DNA from: Octopus bimaculoides
Taxonomy: Eukaryota
Reading direction: 5' to 3'
Assembly: GCF_001194135.2 (NCBI RefSeq)
Contig: NC_069008.1
Coordinates: 12,381,478 to 12,418,679 of the forward strand
DNA length: 37,202 bases
The translations under genes and the position numbers were made by a program. Below are positions 26,042-37,202 of this stretch, in pieces. The notes beneath the pieces are model-generated. The model ran no database searches, was not told the origin of the DNA, and saw only the letters and a list, made by a program, of their open reading frames with translations. The number at the start of each line of letters is the position of its first letter. The first letter of the stretch is position 1.

Positions 26042-26364
26042 TCTATATATGTGTATGCATATATGCATGTAATTGTTTCCCAACCCAATCAATTTTGTTG
26101 ACTGTTTTAGTTAAAGATACAGTTTTAAGTCTGTCCAGAGATACCCCCTATTCAGTTACTGATAATGAATAAAGTGCTAGAGACATGTCTGGGGGTCCAG
26201 CAGAAGGAAGCATTGGATAGATATGGTGTTTTTACACCTTTTTACCATAAGAGAGAAATCTTCTCCGTGTTAAGTGCAGTGGATTTGCAATTAGAAATTG
26301 AGATATTTCACATTTTAACTAAGCTCAAGTGCCCATCTATATGTATTCTTTTGTTTTTTTTACT

Positions 26365-26650
26365 TGTTTCAGTCATTTGACTGCAGCCATGCTGGAGCAT
26401 TGCCTTTAGTCAAACAAATCGACCCTTGGACCTATTCTTTGTAAGCCTAGTTCTTGTTCTATCGGTCGCTTTTGCCAAACTGCTAAGTTACAGGGACATA
26501 AACACACCGGCATCAGTTGTCAAGCAATGTTGAGGAACAAACATATACACACAACAGGCTTCTTTCAGCTTCCATCTACCAAATCCACTCACAAGGCTTT
26601 GGTCAGCCCGAGGCTATAGTAGAAGACACTTGCCCAAGGTACCACACAGC
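26365..26650 (-). mobile_element. family B SINE
   Basis: GGCTTCTTTCAGCTTCC...CACAAGGCTTTGGTCAGCCCGAGGCTATAGTAGAAGACACTTGCCCAAGG is the reverse complement of the family B body. Confidence 0.8.
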
Positions 26651-26658
26651 CACTCCTG

Positions 26659-26692
<34 letters not shown>

Positions 26693-26724
26693 CACTCATA
26701 TGTGTGTGTATGTATAAATATATA

Positions 26725-27572
26725 CTAGCAGAAATACCCAGGTTAAAGGACACAGTGCAGGTGTCTCTCCAGGCGGCTTCCTTACTTTACAATGTATACA
26801 CTAATGGAAACTCTAGCGTCATCTGCATAATGAACTGCTGGATCATTATTGAAAGCTGCTTCATAGAAGTTGCTTCTCTGAGCTGTTGCAACTGCTCTTC
26901 ATTCTGCAGTGGAGATCCTATTCCATATTAACTGTGCATACCTATGTTCATCACTTTGAGATGTTCTGGCTTTTGTAGTGCACAGTCTGTTCATTTCTTG
27001 GCGTGCTTCCCTTTCTGCAGCTGTCTCTCTTTCCCTGTACAGAAGCTGACCTTGGCATTGTAGACAAATTTGACACTTTCCTTCTAGGCATGGTTATATA
27101 TGTATACAGAAATAGACGGGTGCAGAAGATAGTAGACAATAACTTGGTAACGGAAATTATGTTTCTTAATACGACGGGTAGAAAATAAATAAGAAATTTT
27201 TACAGAAAATAAAGAATTGTACAGGTTGGAGCGAAATTTGTCACTCATTGAAACAAAGAGCCAGTATGGAAGGAACCAGAAAAAACTGTCAACAACATAA
27301 AAACGATCTAGTTAAATTGATTCACAAAATCAGCCCCCTTTAATTTTGCTCAGATTGCTTTCATTTTTGGGGTATCGATGCAACGATCAATTTATGTCGT
27401 AAATTAAAGAATCTGATATTTGGAATTAAAGTTGGTAAAATTTGGGTAATTTTAGCCAATCAACAGACAGCGAAGCATTAACAGCTTGTTACCATGACCA
27501 CTGCACGTTGTGTTGTGTTGATTCTTCACACCACGAGATTTACATCACCTGCATGTTTTGTTTTAATAAAGA
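26725..27572 (-). mobile_element. non-autonomous Helitron with a RepHel N-terminal remnant
   Basis: Minus strand starts A|TC at 27572 and ends CTAG|T at 26725. Frameshifted peptides MPRRKVSNL...EREARQEMNRL...AAFNNDPAVHYADDARVSI resemble Helitron RepHel N-termini. Confidence 0.65.
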
Positions 27573-28559
27573 TTTATATTTATCAATTAGAATTTTATTG
27601 TAGATATTTTTCATCAATTGTCTTAATATTTTACATATTTTTCATATATATTTTACATATATTTCGTGAAGTTTTTCTGTGTTTACATTCGTTCCAACAA
27701 ATACCTTTCAGTTTAAACCCAGGTCATGCCAGAATAAGCCATTCTGTATTTCTATTGATGTAGGACAACATTGTTTAGTGTGTCGTTCATTTTTAAAATG
27801 TAGAGCATAGTTTAAGGGAGATTTGGCTGTTATTTCTAGAAAATTGAACAACCACACAGAGATTACCTCATTGGTTCATTTGCTGATGTGTGAAAGTAAA
27901 CAAAAACTAAAGGAAATGGATCTTCATCTGAATTGGTTACACATTCAACTGGTACTTATTTTATCAACCCTCAAAGGATGAAAGGAAAAGTCAACACAAG
28001 TGGAATTTTAACTCAGAATGTAAAGCATTTTGCCCAGGTGGGGGACATAAGAGTGATGATGAGAAGAGACAAGTGGGATGGGAACGTTTGAGAGGAGGTG
28101 AGGTGAGCTCAGCCAGCTGCAAGGAACAGAAGCCATATAGTAGCTGTAGAAATGGCAGAGAGAGAGAGGACACAATGTCTGGGCATCGGAGGATGGAGCA
28201 CGTCTGTGAGTGACTTAGTAGTTAATCTTTCAGGTGGCCAAAGCTTTGGGAGTAAAATTGGTTAAATAAAAACTGTGTGGAAGCCTGCCAAATGAAGTCT
28301 CACACTAGATATGTAACCAATAAGGGGGAATAAAGAAACCTGTGACCCACAGCTCCCTGTCAATAGAATTATTCATCTGATATTTAGTAGGTTGCAAAAG
28401 TAAATACATTTTTAGAGAAATTAACTAAGTGTACGGATTGAAGTGAAATTTATGAAGTTACTTCTGTCAGTAATTGCGAACTTCTTTCTGTCGGTAATTT
28501 GTCGTTGTTATAGCGTCTGAAAAATGAAAGTGAAAACAATAGACAGTGAGTGAGGTATA

Positions 28560-28700
28560 TAGAGAGGGGGAGAGATAGCTAGTTAGACAAATAAGATAGA
28601 TATACATAGACAGATAAATACAGAGCGATAGATATAGTGACAGAGAGAGGTAAATATAGATGGAGAGACATTGATACAGATAGATAGATAGATAAAAAGA
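28560..28700. repeat. degenerate (GATA)n/(GA)n satellite
   Basis: Visible tandem repeats. Confidence 0.8.
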
Positions 28701-28779
28701 TTTGTATGGGAGTGCGATATATCCCGTGTTTATAAGCCAGAACTCACTTGCCGTTTACTGTATTAAAACCGAAAGTAAT

Positions 28780-29200
28780 ATCGGGTCTCATGTGGGACGC
28801 TTTTTACCAGAAGTAAGTTAAATAGAAACGTTTTCCCCATTCCTCCTGGTGCACCAAGGAAGAAAAGAAGTCCTCCTTGCAAGGTAGACACTACTATTTC
28901 ATTGTAAACAGACCATTGCTTAGCTTGCAATAACGATTCACTTTCATCAAGTTGCCTTTTCGGGGCATCCAAGTCGTATGCTCTTTCTCGAATGACTTCT
29001 CTTGAGAGGCCGTGATGTTCAGTTGAAGGTATTGGAATGTCATAGTCGGATAAGCTTTTGGCCCCAATGGAATTAAGCATGTCTTCTAAATACCGTAATG
29101 CTTCGGTGTATATAACATCCAAGTAGGAGACACTTGGCCCATGCAACCGTCTAGCTTCATGAATGATGTCATCAGATAGGCTGTCTTTTGGTTTTCCCAA
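28780..29200 (-). mobile_element. Helitron PIF1-type helicase fragment
   Basis: EALRYLEDML...EVIRERAYD...QWSVYNEI...LFFLGAPGGMGKTFLFNLLL matches the Helitron PIF1 region (consensus FFLDAPGGTGKTFL). Degenerate Walker A, and the frame ends soon after it. Confidence 0.85.
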
Positions 29201-30289
29201 AGTTGTATTGGATTCTTTTATAGACATTTACTACTATCTAATTGACACTTTCGAAAGTTTTGTTTCTTTATAGACATTTACTACTAAATGACTCTTTCGA
29301 AAGTTTTGTTTCTTTCTCTTGTGAATTGAGGGGTACTTGTGACAGTATGAAATTTATGACCAACAGCCAGCTAGGAGCTGTCATCTCACTTTGCTTTTTA
29401 TTCTAAATATACGCAGTCTTCTAGTCTTAGATTTTTTGTTGATAAGGAAATCGATAAATTGGAAATGAATTACAACACTACATTCTGTTCCTTGCCACTC
29501 TAAAAATTGTAGCTTGTTCTCTTAGTTATTCTTGCTGCAATAGTGACAACACGAAATTCTCCCATCCTCTTGCCCTGTTAAAATATTTAAGAAAAATTAT
29601 ATTAATATATCTTGTATGTTGAAAATCCTTATTTCGTGCATTTAAATTGATGAAATGATTACATTGTTCAATTAAATGGAGCCACGTTAAACGGTCGCAC
29701 TATATTCACCTTACTTCAAGTTGTGTGAATAATACCGGACTGACTTGGTGCTTCAACTTAAGTGCTTAACTAATATCAGATAAACCACCCACACCCAGAT
29801 ACGTCTCTGAAAACAATAACCCTCTGCTTGAATGGGCTACAGTTCCCCAGAGCTGACTGTGTATCTCTTCCAGGTGGTGCTGTTAAATTAGACATGGCTT
29901 GAGTCAACTTCGGCCGAAACTTATCTAAGTAATCTAATTTATGCCTTAACCTTTTAATCAAAGCATGACAACATGGGTAGAGGCTGTTATCTTAACATTT
30001 TTGGTGGTCTTAAGTATAATAAAAAAATTTTAAGATTTATATAGAACTACATTCACAATATGTCTATAAGCTATTGTGTTTAGACCTGGTTTCTGGCCTC
30101 AAACTGTTCCGTTTTGTAGATGCAATTTAAAAAAATTTTTTTATAAAGAACTCCAAAATTAGAAAAATCAAAAATCTGCAAACATCTCGGTCCCATGAGT
30201 ATCAGATAATGGATTTTCAACTGTGTAAAGAAACTGATTGTGGTGATTGTAGTTTTGACGGTGATTGTGGTGAAAGCAGAGACAATGTT

Positions 30290-30640
30290 GATGATGATGA
30301 TGATCGAGATAAGTATGGGAGGATAAAATAGTATCGGTGGTTATAATGGCGACAGAAGCGGTGTGATGTGTGGTGGTGGTAATAGTGGTGTTGATGACAG
30401 TGTTAGTTGTGTGATGGTGGTATTGCAGTGGTTATACTGGTTGTGGTGGTGAAAGTGACTGTCAAGCTAACCATCATGATAACATTGATGGTGGTGTATG
30501 TAGTTGAAGTGGAAGCAATGACAATGCTACTGATGATGGTGGTAGTGGTGGTCGTCGTAGTGCTGCTCCTGCTGGGCGGTTGTAGTGATGGCGGTAGTAC
30601 TAGAGGTGTGGTGACGTGCTGCTGGTTGTGGTGGGTGGGA
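30290..30640. repeat. (GGT/GAT)n low-complexity region
   Basis: Visible degenerate trinucleotide repeats. Confidence 0.8.
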
Positions 30641-30695
30641 TTATTCCTGTTGTTAAAGGTTTCTTTTTAAAAATCATGTGGCTGTGTTATTTTTT

Positions 30696-30827
30696 TTTAC
30701 CCCCGCCAAGAAGGTTATGTTTTTACCGGTGTTGGTTTAGGAAATTGGGAGATTTTCAGCCTGCGTGTATATGGGTGGAAATGAGCTGCTTGGCGGGGGT
30801 CTGCGCTCTGCAAGTGCTTTTCTAGTT
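30696..30827 (+). mobile_element. short Helentron-associated (HINE/DINE-1-like) element
   Basis: Perfect 12-bp inverted repeats ACCCCCGCCAAG (30699) and CTTGGCGGGGGT (30789), a 3' hairpin GCGCT-CTGCA-AGTGC, terminal CTAG (30822) and T-rich flanks. Confidence 0.65.
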
Positions 30828-31067
30828 TAGATTATTTTCAAGTGAATACCATTACAAAAATTATTTTCGGCATATTTAAAAAATGTTTTAAAATGAAAAG
30901 GACTTTAAAAATACAGTAAACATTTCGTAATATACCCGTTCATTTCCTCAGTGTGAAATAATTATTTTACATAGGTTTTTTTTTAGTGCATTCAACGTAT
31001 CTCACCTCCAAAGATTTGACTGCTATTTCTAGCACGCCCTGCTACCATGTAACAGCTATTTGCGATA

Positions 31068-31480
31068 NNNNNNNNNNNNNNNNNNNNNNNNNNNNNNNNN
31101 NNNNNNNNNNNNNNNNNNNNNNNNNNNNNNNNNNNNNNNNNNNNNNNNNNNNNNNNNNNNNNNNNNNNNNNNNNNNNNNNNNNNNNNNNNNNNNNNNNNN
31201 NNNNNNNNNNNNNNNNNNNNNNNNNNNNNNNNNNNNNNNNNNNNNNNNNNNNNNNNNNNNNNNNNNNNNNNNNNNNNNNNNNNNNNNNNNNNNNNNNNNN
31301 NNNNNNNNNNNNNNNNNNNNNNNNNNNNNNNNNNNNNNNNNNNNNNNNNNNNNNNNNNNNNNNNNNNNNNNNNNNNNNNNNNNNNNNNNNNNNNNNNNNN
31401 NNNNNNNNNNNNNNNNNNNNNNNNNNNNNNNNNNNNNNNNNNNNNNNNNNNNNNNNNNNNNNNNNNNNNNNNNNNNNNNN
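31068..31480. other. assembly gap
   Basis: Run of N. Confidence 1.
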
Positions 31481-31699
31481 ATATATAAAATAATATAATA
31501 TAATAAATGCAAAAACTCATTTCTGTGTGTCAGTGTGTCACATTTTGACCCCCCTCACTCACTATTCAATGACATTTCTACTGTTGATGCTTTGTTAAAA
31601 GTAATAGTGTTGATGGTGACAGTGGGACTAATAATAAGAGAGAGAGTGTGTGTGTGTGGGGGGGTATGTGAGAGAAAGAGGGACTGAACAATGAATTCA

Positions 31700-31940
31700 T
31701 TTCCTTAGTACCACCACCATCGCCACCACATCTCCCATATACACACCGTTCAGACTTCTGACGTCACCACCATCAATATCTTTGACTTCGCCGCCTTCCC
31801 CTTGCACCACCATCACCACTGTCTTTCACATCACTTACTCCCTGACCGCCTCAGCTACCACCACCACCGCCTCCGTCTCTATCAAAACTACAGCTCATAT
31901 TATTACTGTCACCTCATTACCGTCACAAAAAGGCTGAATG
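31700..31940. repeat. (CAC)n low-complexity region
   Basis: Visible degenerate trinucleotide repeats. Confidence 0.75.
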
Positions 31941-32614
31941 CTGTGTGTATGGCAGATGTGGTGGTGACGGTGGTGGTACTGTTGTTTAATCATGCAGCTT
32001 TGCAATAAGTTACAAATCAACAAATCACATCATTGTTTCGATGAAAATTGCTCATTGCTTGAAAAATATTGTTCAAGTTTAATAAAATTCAATATGTTCT
32101 CAATGCATGGAGTGTCATTGTTGGGCCCAAGGCTTAATGAAGAGCCCTCCACATGAGCTGGCTTAAAAGCCGTCCAAAGCTAGATTAAAAGCGCCAAATA
32201 ATGTTTGGGCATAAGCGAAGTTTATCCTAGTTAAAAATATGTTGTGACATATTTCAAATTCAGACAACTTCACTGTCGTAACCGTGGAGACACAGATTTT
32301 CCTTATGTTGCCCACTCTCAGATTCCCAGACGAATTTCCAGTTCTTTTAGACGTTTCTAATTTTATCGAGCAACTGGTCTAATGGCGCAACTCAATCAAT
32401 TTTATTGATAGTGTTTTAGTTAAAAATACAGCTATAGGACTGTCCAGAAGTACCTCTATTCGGTTATTCCCATTGCAAACGAATAAAGGGCTAAAAACAT
32501 GTCCGGGATCCGGCAGGAGGAAGCATTTGGATAAATATGGTGTTTTTACACCTTATTACCATAAGAGAGAAGTTTTCTCCATGTTAACTGCATTTTAACT
32601 AAGCTCAAGTTCCC

Positions 32615-32621
32615 ATATATG

Positions 32622-32705
<84 letters not shown>

Positions 32706-32765
32706 TAAATAGATAGATAGATATATTTACACACACACACATATATATATATGTACACGCACACA
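32615..32765. repeat. compound (AT)n(AGAT)n(AC)n microsatellite
   Basis: Directly visible. Confidence 0.95.
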
Positions 32766-33330
32766 CAAATACCTTACTAAATACACATACATAAGTACGT
32801 GCGTAGGCGCAGTCCAGCATATTTATATCATCTTAGTTCAATGCCTTTTATATATGGATTGGATCGTTCAGCTGTAATTAATGAACCAGAGGAGTGCCAA
32901 TGTCTGCTTCAGCTTTGTGTCTGTAGCTTGACTGGTCTTCCTAATACCAGCCATTTTACAGAGTATTTGCTGCATTTTACTCATTGCACTGGCATCAAAG
33001 AAGTCCCTAAATAGGTACACGCATGAAGGAACGTCAGAAAGAAAACAAGGGTAAGAAAGAATTCAATGATAATGTTGTCAGTTAGGTAGTTGAACTAATT
33101 GAGACAAATATATTAATGAATGAATTAGAATAGATTGGTAATGAAAAATTAATGAAAAGTGTAATTACACAAATCAAGAATATAAGAAAGAAAATAGGAA
33201 AGAAGTGAAAGAGAGAAAGAAAGAATTAACCGATAAAGTTACGGTTGAATCCTTAAGGGATCTTTTTGGTTTGACGGGCAACACTTGTTTTCTTTAACAC
33301 TTTCAAACTTGGGATACTGGTAGAATGTGT

Positions 33331-33398
33331 CCCCTAACCGTAATCCTAAAACTAACCCTAACTCTAAAACCCGAACCCTAACCCTAAAGCTAAAACCA
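33331..33398 (+). repeat. degenerate interstitial (CCCTAA)n-like repeat
   Basis: CCCTAACCGTAATCCTAAAACTAACCCTAACTCTAAAACCCGAACCCTAACCCTAAAGCTAAAACC. Confidence 0.7.
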
Positions 33399-33652
33399 GT
33401 ACAAACGCACGAACGATGTTATAAATAAGAGTAACACGGGTAGTTGTTGTTGACAAACAACGGCACTAATTTTATTCAAGGGAAAAGATCCCATGACACC
33501 GTTGTTTACATTCCACGCCATTAATTGTTTTCACCTCAATAGACGTCACTGATTGGTTGAAATTACCGAAATACGACAACTTTTTACATGAAATAACTTC
33601 GAATACAAAATTTTTTATCTGTTCTATAATACAAAATATACAAGTATACGAA

Positions 33653-34066
33653 NNNNNNNNNNNNNNNNNNNNNNNNNNNNNNNNNNNNNNNNNNNNNNNN
33701 NNNNNNNNNNNNNNNNNNNNNNNNNNNNNNNNNNNNNNNNNNNNNNNNNNNNNNNNNNNNNNNNNNNNNNNNNNNNNNNNNNNNNNNNNNNNNNNNNNNN
33801 NNNNNNNNNNNNNNNNNNNNNNNNNNNNNNNNNNNNNNNNNNNNNNNNNNNNNNNNNNNNNNNNNNNNNNNNNNNNNNNNNNNNNNNNNNNNNNNNNNNN
33901 NNNNNNNNNNNNNNNNNNNNNNNNNNNNNNNNNNNNNNNNNNNNNNNNNNNNNNNNNNNNNNNNNNNNNNNNNNNNNNNNNNNNNNNNNNNNNNNNNNNN
34001 NNNNNNNNNNNNNNNNNNNNNNNNNNNNNNNNNNNNNNNNNNNNNNNNNNNNNNNNNNNNNNNNNN
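33653..34066. other. assembly gap
   Basis: Run of N. Confidence 1.
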
Positions 34067-34714
34067 TGAAAATTAATGAAGGCTGCTAGAATGCATTCAA
34101 CAACAGCAGCATGGCTTATGGTTAATCCTGCGTCACAAAAATACATTAAGAATTAGTGTGGATGAGTGCACTTAGAAACTTCTGAAAGAGGTTTCTGGTA
34201 TCGTAGAAGTACAGATTAATTATCAAAAACGAATATTCAATCACAATATGTGACATTAAAATCTTCTAATTGATTCTGTAAGTATCAGTAGGTTTGGGAG
34301 ATTCTGTTGAACATGGCATAATTTGGGAGAGTCTCAGATGGGGATGAAACCGGGAATGGTTAGTAAAGTTTGAAGGGTGTGTCCACATGTATTATATCAA
34401 CAATGTATGATAGTGGATCACTGTTTGTTGTTCCAGGAAAAATCTGTTCAAAAAGGAGAGATAGACTGTGCTTGTATATATGTGGCTTTCAACACATGGC
34501 CAGAAGTTTGATCCCTTTATTGTTTTCTCTTATGTAAACATAGAATTGCTTCGAAAGTTCCAGCTTCTACATTGAGCTTATAAATTCACATTTATACCAA
34601 TAATAATTGGTGCACTTGGTTTTTGTGTGTAAATGCAAAAGTGACAATCTGGATAAACTAGGGTTTTCTGGAAAAGAAATCGATCAGCTATCTCGTACGT
34701 TCCAAATACAATCT

Positions 34715-34907
34715 GTGAGTAGAACAGTAAAAATATGCGAGACTTTTCTCAAGTTTAAAATGTGACATTGATTTTGTTAACTACATTCCAACGATGGAGA
34801 TTTCTATGTTTGTTAGAACCCAGCTCCTTTCTCAGAAGAATATTTTAAATAAAAACAGAAGAGAACATACACACTAACAATCACAACGATTGATTTATTC
34901 ATTCATT
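34715..34907 (+). repeat. segmental-duplication block (copy of 3667-3866)
   Basis: Near-identical sequence, followed by the same MITE-like end seen at 3885. Confidence 0.9.
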
Positions 34908-35559
34908 GGTTGGAAAAATTCATGCATAACTCCTTACAATTTTTTGGAATTTTCCGAAAATTTTTGCGACTGTGTGTTCTGCACACGGGAATTATACGAT
35001 TATACAAAATTTTAATTTAGGAAAAAAACTCTTTCACTAATTCTTTCTTTTTAATCATAGCTTTTAGATACAGAGTGTCCGAATTGCCATTTGTTTCTGT
35101 TTATAATTACAAAATAATTTTCACTCGAGATGTTTGACTGAAGTAAGGTTTAGTTGTTGCTTTTAGCACATCCCACGACCACCTGATACCTTCTTCGTTT
35201 CTTTGTCATTCTGATATATATTGATATTTTTCAATATTTTTCCCCATAAACACATTTAATTAAATGAAGATGTACCGAAGCATTATTGGGATTTAAGCAA
35301 ACAAAACAAAAAAACTTTTTTTACTTTATATTCTTCCCCACGATCGCACCAAGCAAGTGTGTGTGTGTAAGAAAAAACTTTTACTAGCAGAAAGTATTCT
35401 ATTCAAAAATTTATCTTTTACATACATTTTAAAAATCACTGTAGATTAATCCCAGCAATGACCTCAGGCTCTCCAATACCTATATGATCGATACGGGTTA
35501 AGACTAATTTGAACGTACGACAGTATTTATGGAGGTGGGGTTAACAAATTTCAATGGAC

Positions 35560-35825
35560 AAAATTCTTTTGCATGAATCGGCTGTTGTCCATCCTGGGTA
35601 CATGGCCAATCCAACGTAAATTTCTATCAATGAAGGTTTCCATCATAAGAGGTAGACCAGCACATCTCTTCCTTCCTGGTCTTCTGAAAGACAGTAATAT
35701 TTATGATTTGTTGTAGTTGCTTCAACATATAAGCATATAACTCGTAAGCTTTATAGAAGCCTATTACACCTTACACAGCCTGGTATAGCTTACCAAGTAC
35801 ACCATCTCTTGCAATGTCTAGGACA
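35560..35825 (-). mobile_element. RTE-clade LINE remnant (third paralogous copy)
   Basis: TTTCTATCAATGAAGGTTTCCATCATAAGAGGTAGACCAGCACA...AGTAATATTTATGATTTG aligns with 4940-5160 and 18100-18350. Confidence 0.8.
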
Positions 35826-35884
35826 AAAGTGTTTTGAAAAGAGTTAGCTCCATTAAATCTTATATTTGGAGAAAAAAAAAACAA

Positions 35885-36135
35885 TACATGCAACTTAAAT
35901 TTGTCCGTGAAAAAGAGACGCATGCGCACTAAACTGTCTTCCGTTTCTTTCTTTCTTCCTATTTAAAGAATTCCATTTAATCAAGCCCCATACACAATTA
36001 TTAGATATTTCTCGTCCAGCACCCGTTCTTATAATACATTTTTCAACAATTCTACACAGTTGTAATTCATTTCTCACGTATCCTACACACACACAGTTAT
36101 ATCAACACTATCCTTTATAAAATATTTCCGTAAGT
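35885..36135 (+). promoter_or_regulatory. putative promoter and exon 1 of a fourth paralog lying beyond the window
   Basis: CGCATGCGCA 35919, CTTCCG 35938, donor TTCC|GTAAGT 36130, in the same order as the other two copies. Confidence 0.55.
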
Positions 36136-36166
36136 ATTAAACAATGACCATATTTCATCTTTTTAA

Positions 36167-36375
36167 GGTGACGAGCTGGCTGAATCGCTAGCACGTCGGG
36201 CGAAATGCTTAGCGGTATTTCGTCTGACTTTACATTCTGAGTTCAAATTCCGCCGAGGTCGTCTTTGCCTTTCATCCTTTCGATAAATTAAGTACCAGTT
36301 GTGTGCTGGATCGACCTAATCGACTGGCCCCTTTCTCCTAAAAGTTCGGGCCTTGTACCTAGAGTAGAAAAGAAC
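36167..36375 (+). mobile_element. family A SINE
   Basis: GACGAGCTGGCTGAATCGCTAGCACG...GAGTTCAAATTCC...GGCCTTGTACCTAGAGTAGAAAAG. ATTTCA(T/C)CTTTT flanks are TSD-like. Confidence 0.85.
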
Positions 36376-36683
36376 ATTTCACCTTTTAGTATTGTAGTCG
36401 TTCGTTTTTGACGAGTCAACTTTTTGTGTCTGTCGTAACGGTTATAATCTTTAACTATTGATGAAGCATGTCTGATTTTTGCGTGATTTGGTTGCTATGG
36501 AAGCTACTTTGTTGACTGTCCATCGTTGTGTGATTCTGAGAAATATTTTCAGTTCTATATTTGAGGAATTATTTACATTTCACGGATATTTATCCTCAGG
36601 TGTCCGCGGGGGAATTTCGAACCTGGGTTCTCATTCCTAAGGTATTTTTCCGATGTTATTATTATTATTATTATTAATATTCC

Positions 36684-36736
36684 GATCGAACTCGGAATCA
36701 TTGGGATTAGTAGCCCGCGTTCTTAACCACTACGCC
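36684..36736 (-). other. tRNA-like (Pol III A/B box) head, not a complete tRNA
   Basis: Reverse complement GGCGTAGTGGTTAAGAACGCGGGCTACTAATCCCAATGATTCCGAGTTCGATC. No acceptor-stem closure. Confidence 0.55.
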
Positions 36737-36779
36737 ATATACCCGTGGGCAATTATAGAGTGAATTTCAGGGTTTATAG

Positions 36780-37060
36780 ATCTAATATTTTCCTATCTTT
36801 CCTTAATACCGGTTCCTATATGCTACTCATATCTGCACTACGTCTGCTTAGAAGGTTATTATGTCCTAGCATATGTGCTGCCTCTTTTCGTTATCGTATT
36901 TTCCAGTGATGTTCTCTGTCTATTATTTTAACTTCACACCACAGAGGGAGGTGGCCTCCGTTTTTCCATCCATGATCAGCTATAACCTATTTATCAATAT
37001 CTTCTCGTGTCACAGCTTCGCTTATTTTTTCCTAAAGTTTTCGATGCTTCTTGCTACGTC
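36780..37060 (-). mobile_element. Penelope-like element GIY-YIG endonuclease C-terminal remnant
   Basis: Translation with stops IADHGWKNGGHLPLWCEVKIIDREHHWKIR*RKEAAHMLGHNNLLSR fits the PLE GIY-YIG tail pattern (IADH..W.EVKI.D.E..W..R...EA). Confidence 0.75.
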
Positions 37061-37119
37061 TTCAATAACATCTGATTCAGTCTGCTGTTGGATCTGAGTG
37101 CTTTTTTTGTTTGTGTGCA

Positions 37120-37202
37120 TGTATATACACACATGTATGTTTATATATATGCGTGTTTGTGTGTGTGGTATATATAATAATAATATATATATGTATATAT
37201 AT
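37120..37202. repeat. (AT)n/(GT)n microsatellite
   Basis: Directly visible. Confidence 0.85.

Noticed and set aside
28763-29227. Host PIF1 helicase gene
   Set aside because: Only the region up to a degenerate Walker A is present. It resembles Helitron helicase, has no further motifs and is flanked by repeats.
30407-32008. Val-rich (30407) and His-rich (31802) ORFs
   Set aside because: Products of (GGT)n and (CAC)n low-complexity DNA, with no recognisable domain.
34070-34450. Protein-like minus-strand frame (LFEQIFPGTT...MYFCDAGLTISHAAVVECILAAF)
   Set aside because: About 5 stops in ~130 codons and no motif I recognise. Cannot be told from chance without a BLASTX search.
36575-36602. Minus-strand CUGAGGA...GAAA in the Penelope-associated region
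   Set aside because: No 10.1-11.1 base pair or valid stem II register. At best a deletion-damaged relic.
36684-36736. tRNA-Ser-like gene
   Set aside because: No acceptor stem or long variable arm, and it is embedded in repeat sequence. Treated as a tRNA-derived head.

Overview
Eukaryotic, AT-rich, repeat-dense draft-assembly window with 5 N-gaps. The repeat families and zinc-finger style suggest a coleoid cephalopod, probably Octopus (inference). The core is a tandem cluster of + strand poly-C2H2 zinc-finger paralogs with no effector domain: a pseudogene (~1592-2945), an intact 313-aa ORF (14716-15657) and an intact 318-aa ORF (22685-23641). The duplicated unit also carries an antisense RTE-LINE remnant, a conserved CGCATGCGCA/CTTCCG promoter-like block ending in a GTAAGT donor (three copies, the last implying a fourth paralog beyond the window), a shared splice acceptor, and 3' UTRs made of decayed 'ghost' fingers. 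The rest is SINEs, LINE fragments (RTE, Tx1/L1, Penelope), mariner, hAT-like MITEs, Helitrons and microsatellites. Most notable: (i) a type I hammerhead ribozyme with an intact catalytic core and a long stem II, antisense in the putative intron of gene 3; (ii) sequence evidence of finger-array exchange between paralogs; (iii) an ancestral stop followed by independent truncations, with two intact fingers behind the TGA of gene 2. All alignments were done by eye, so repeat boundaries are approximate.
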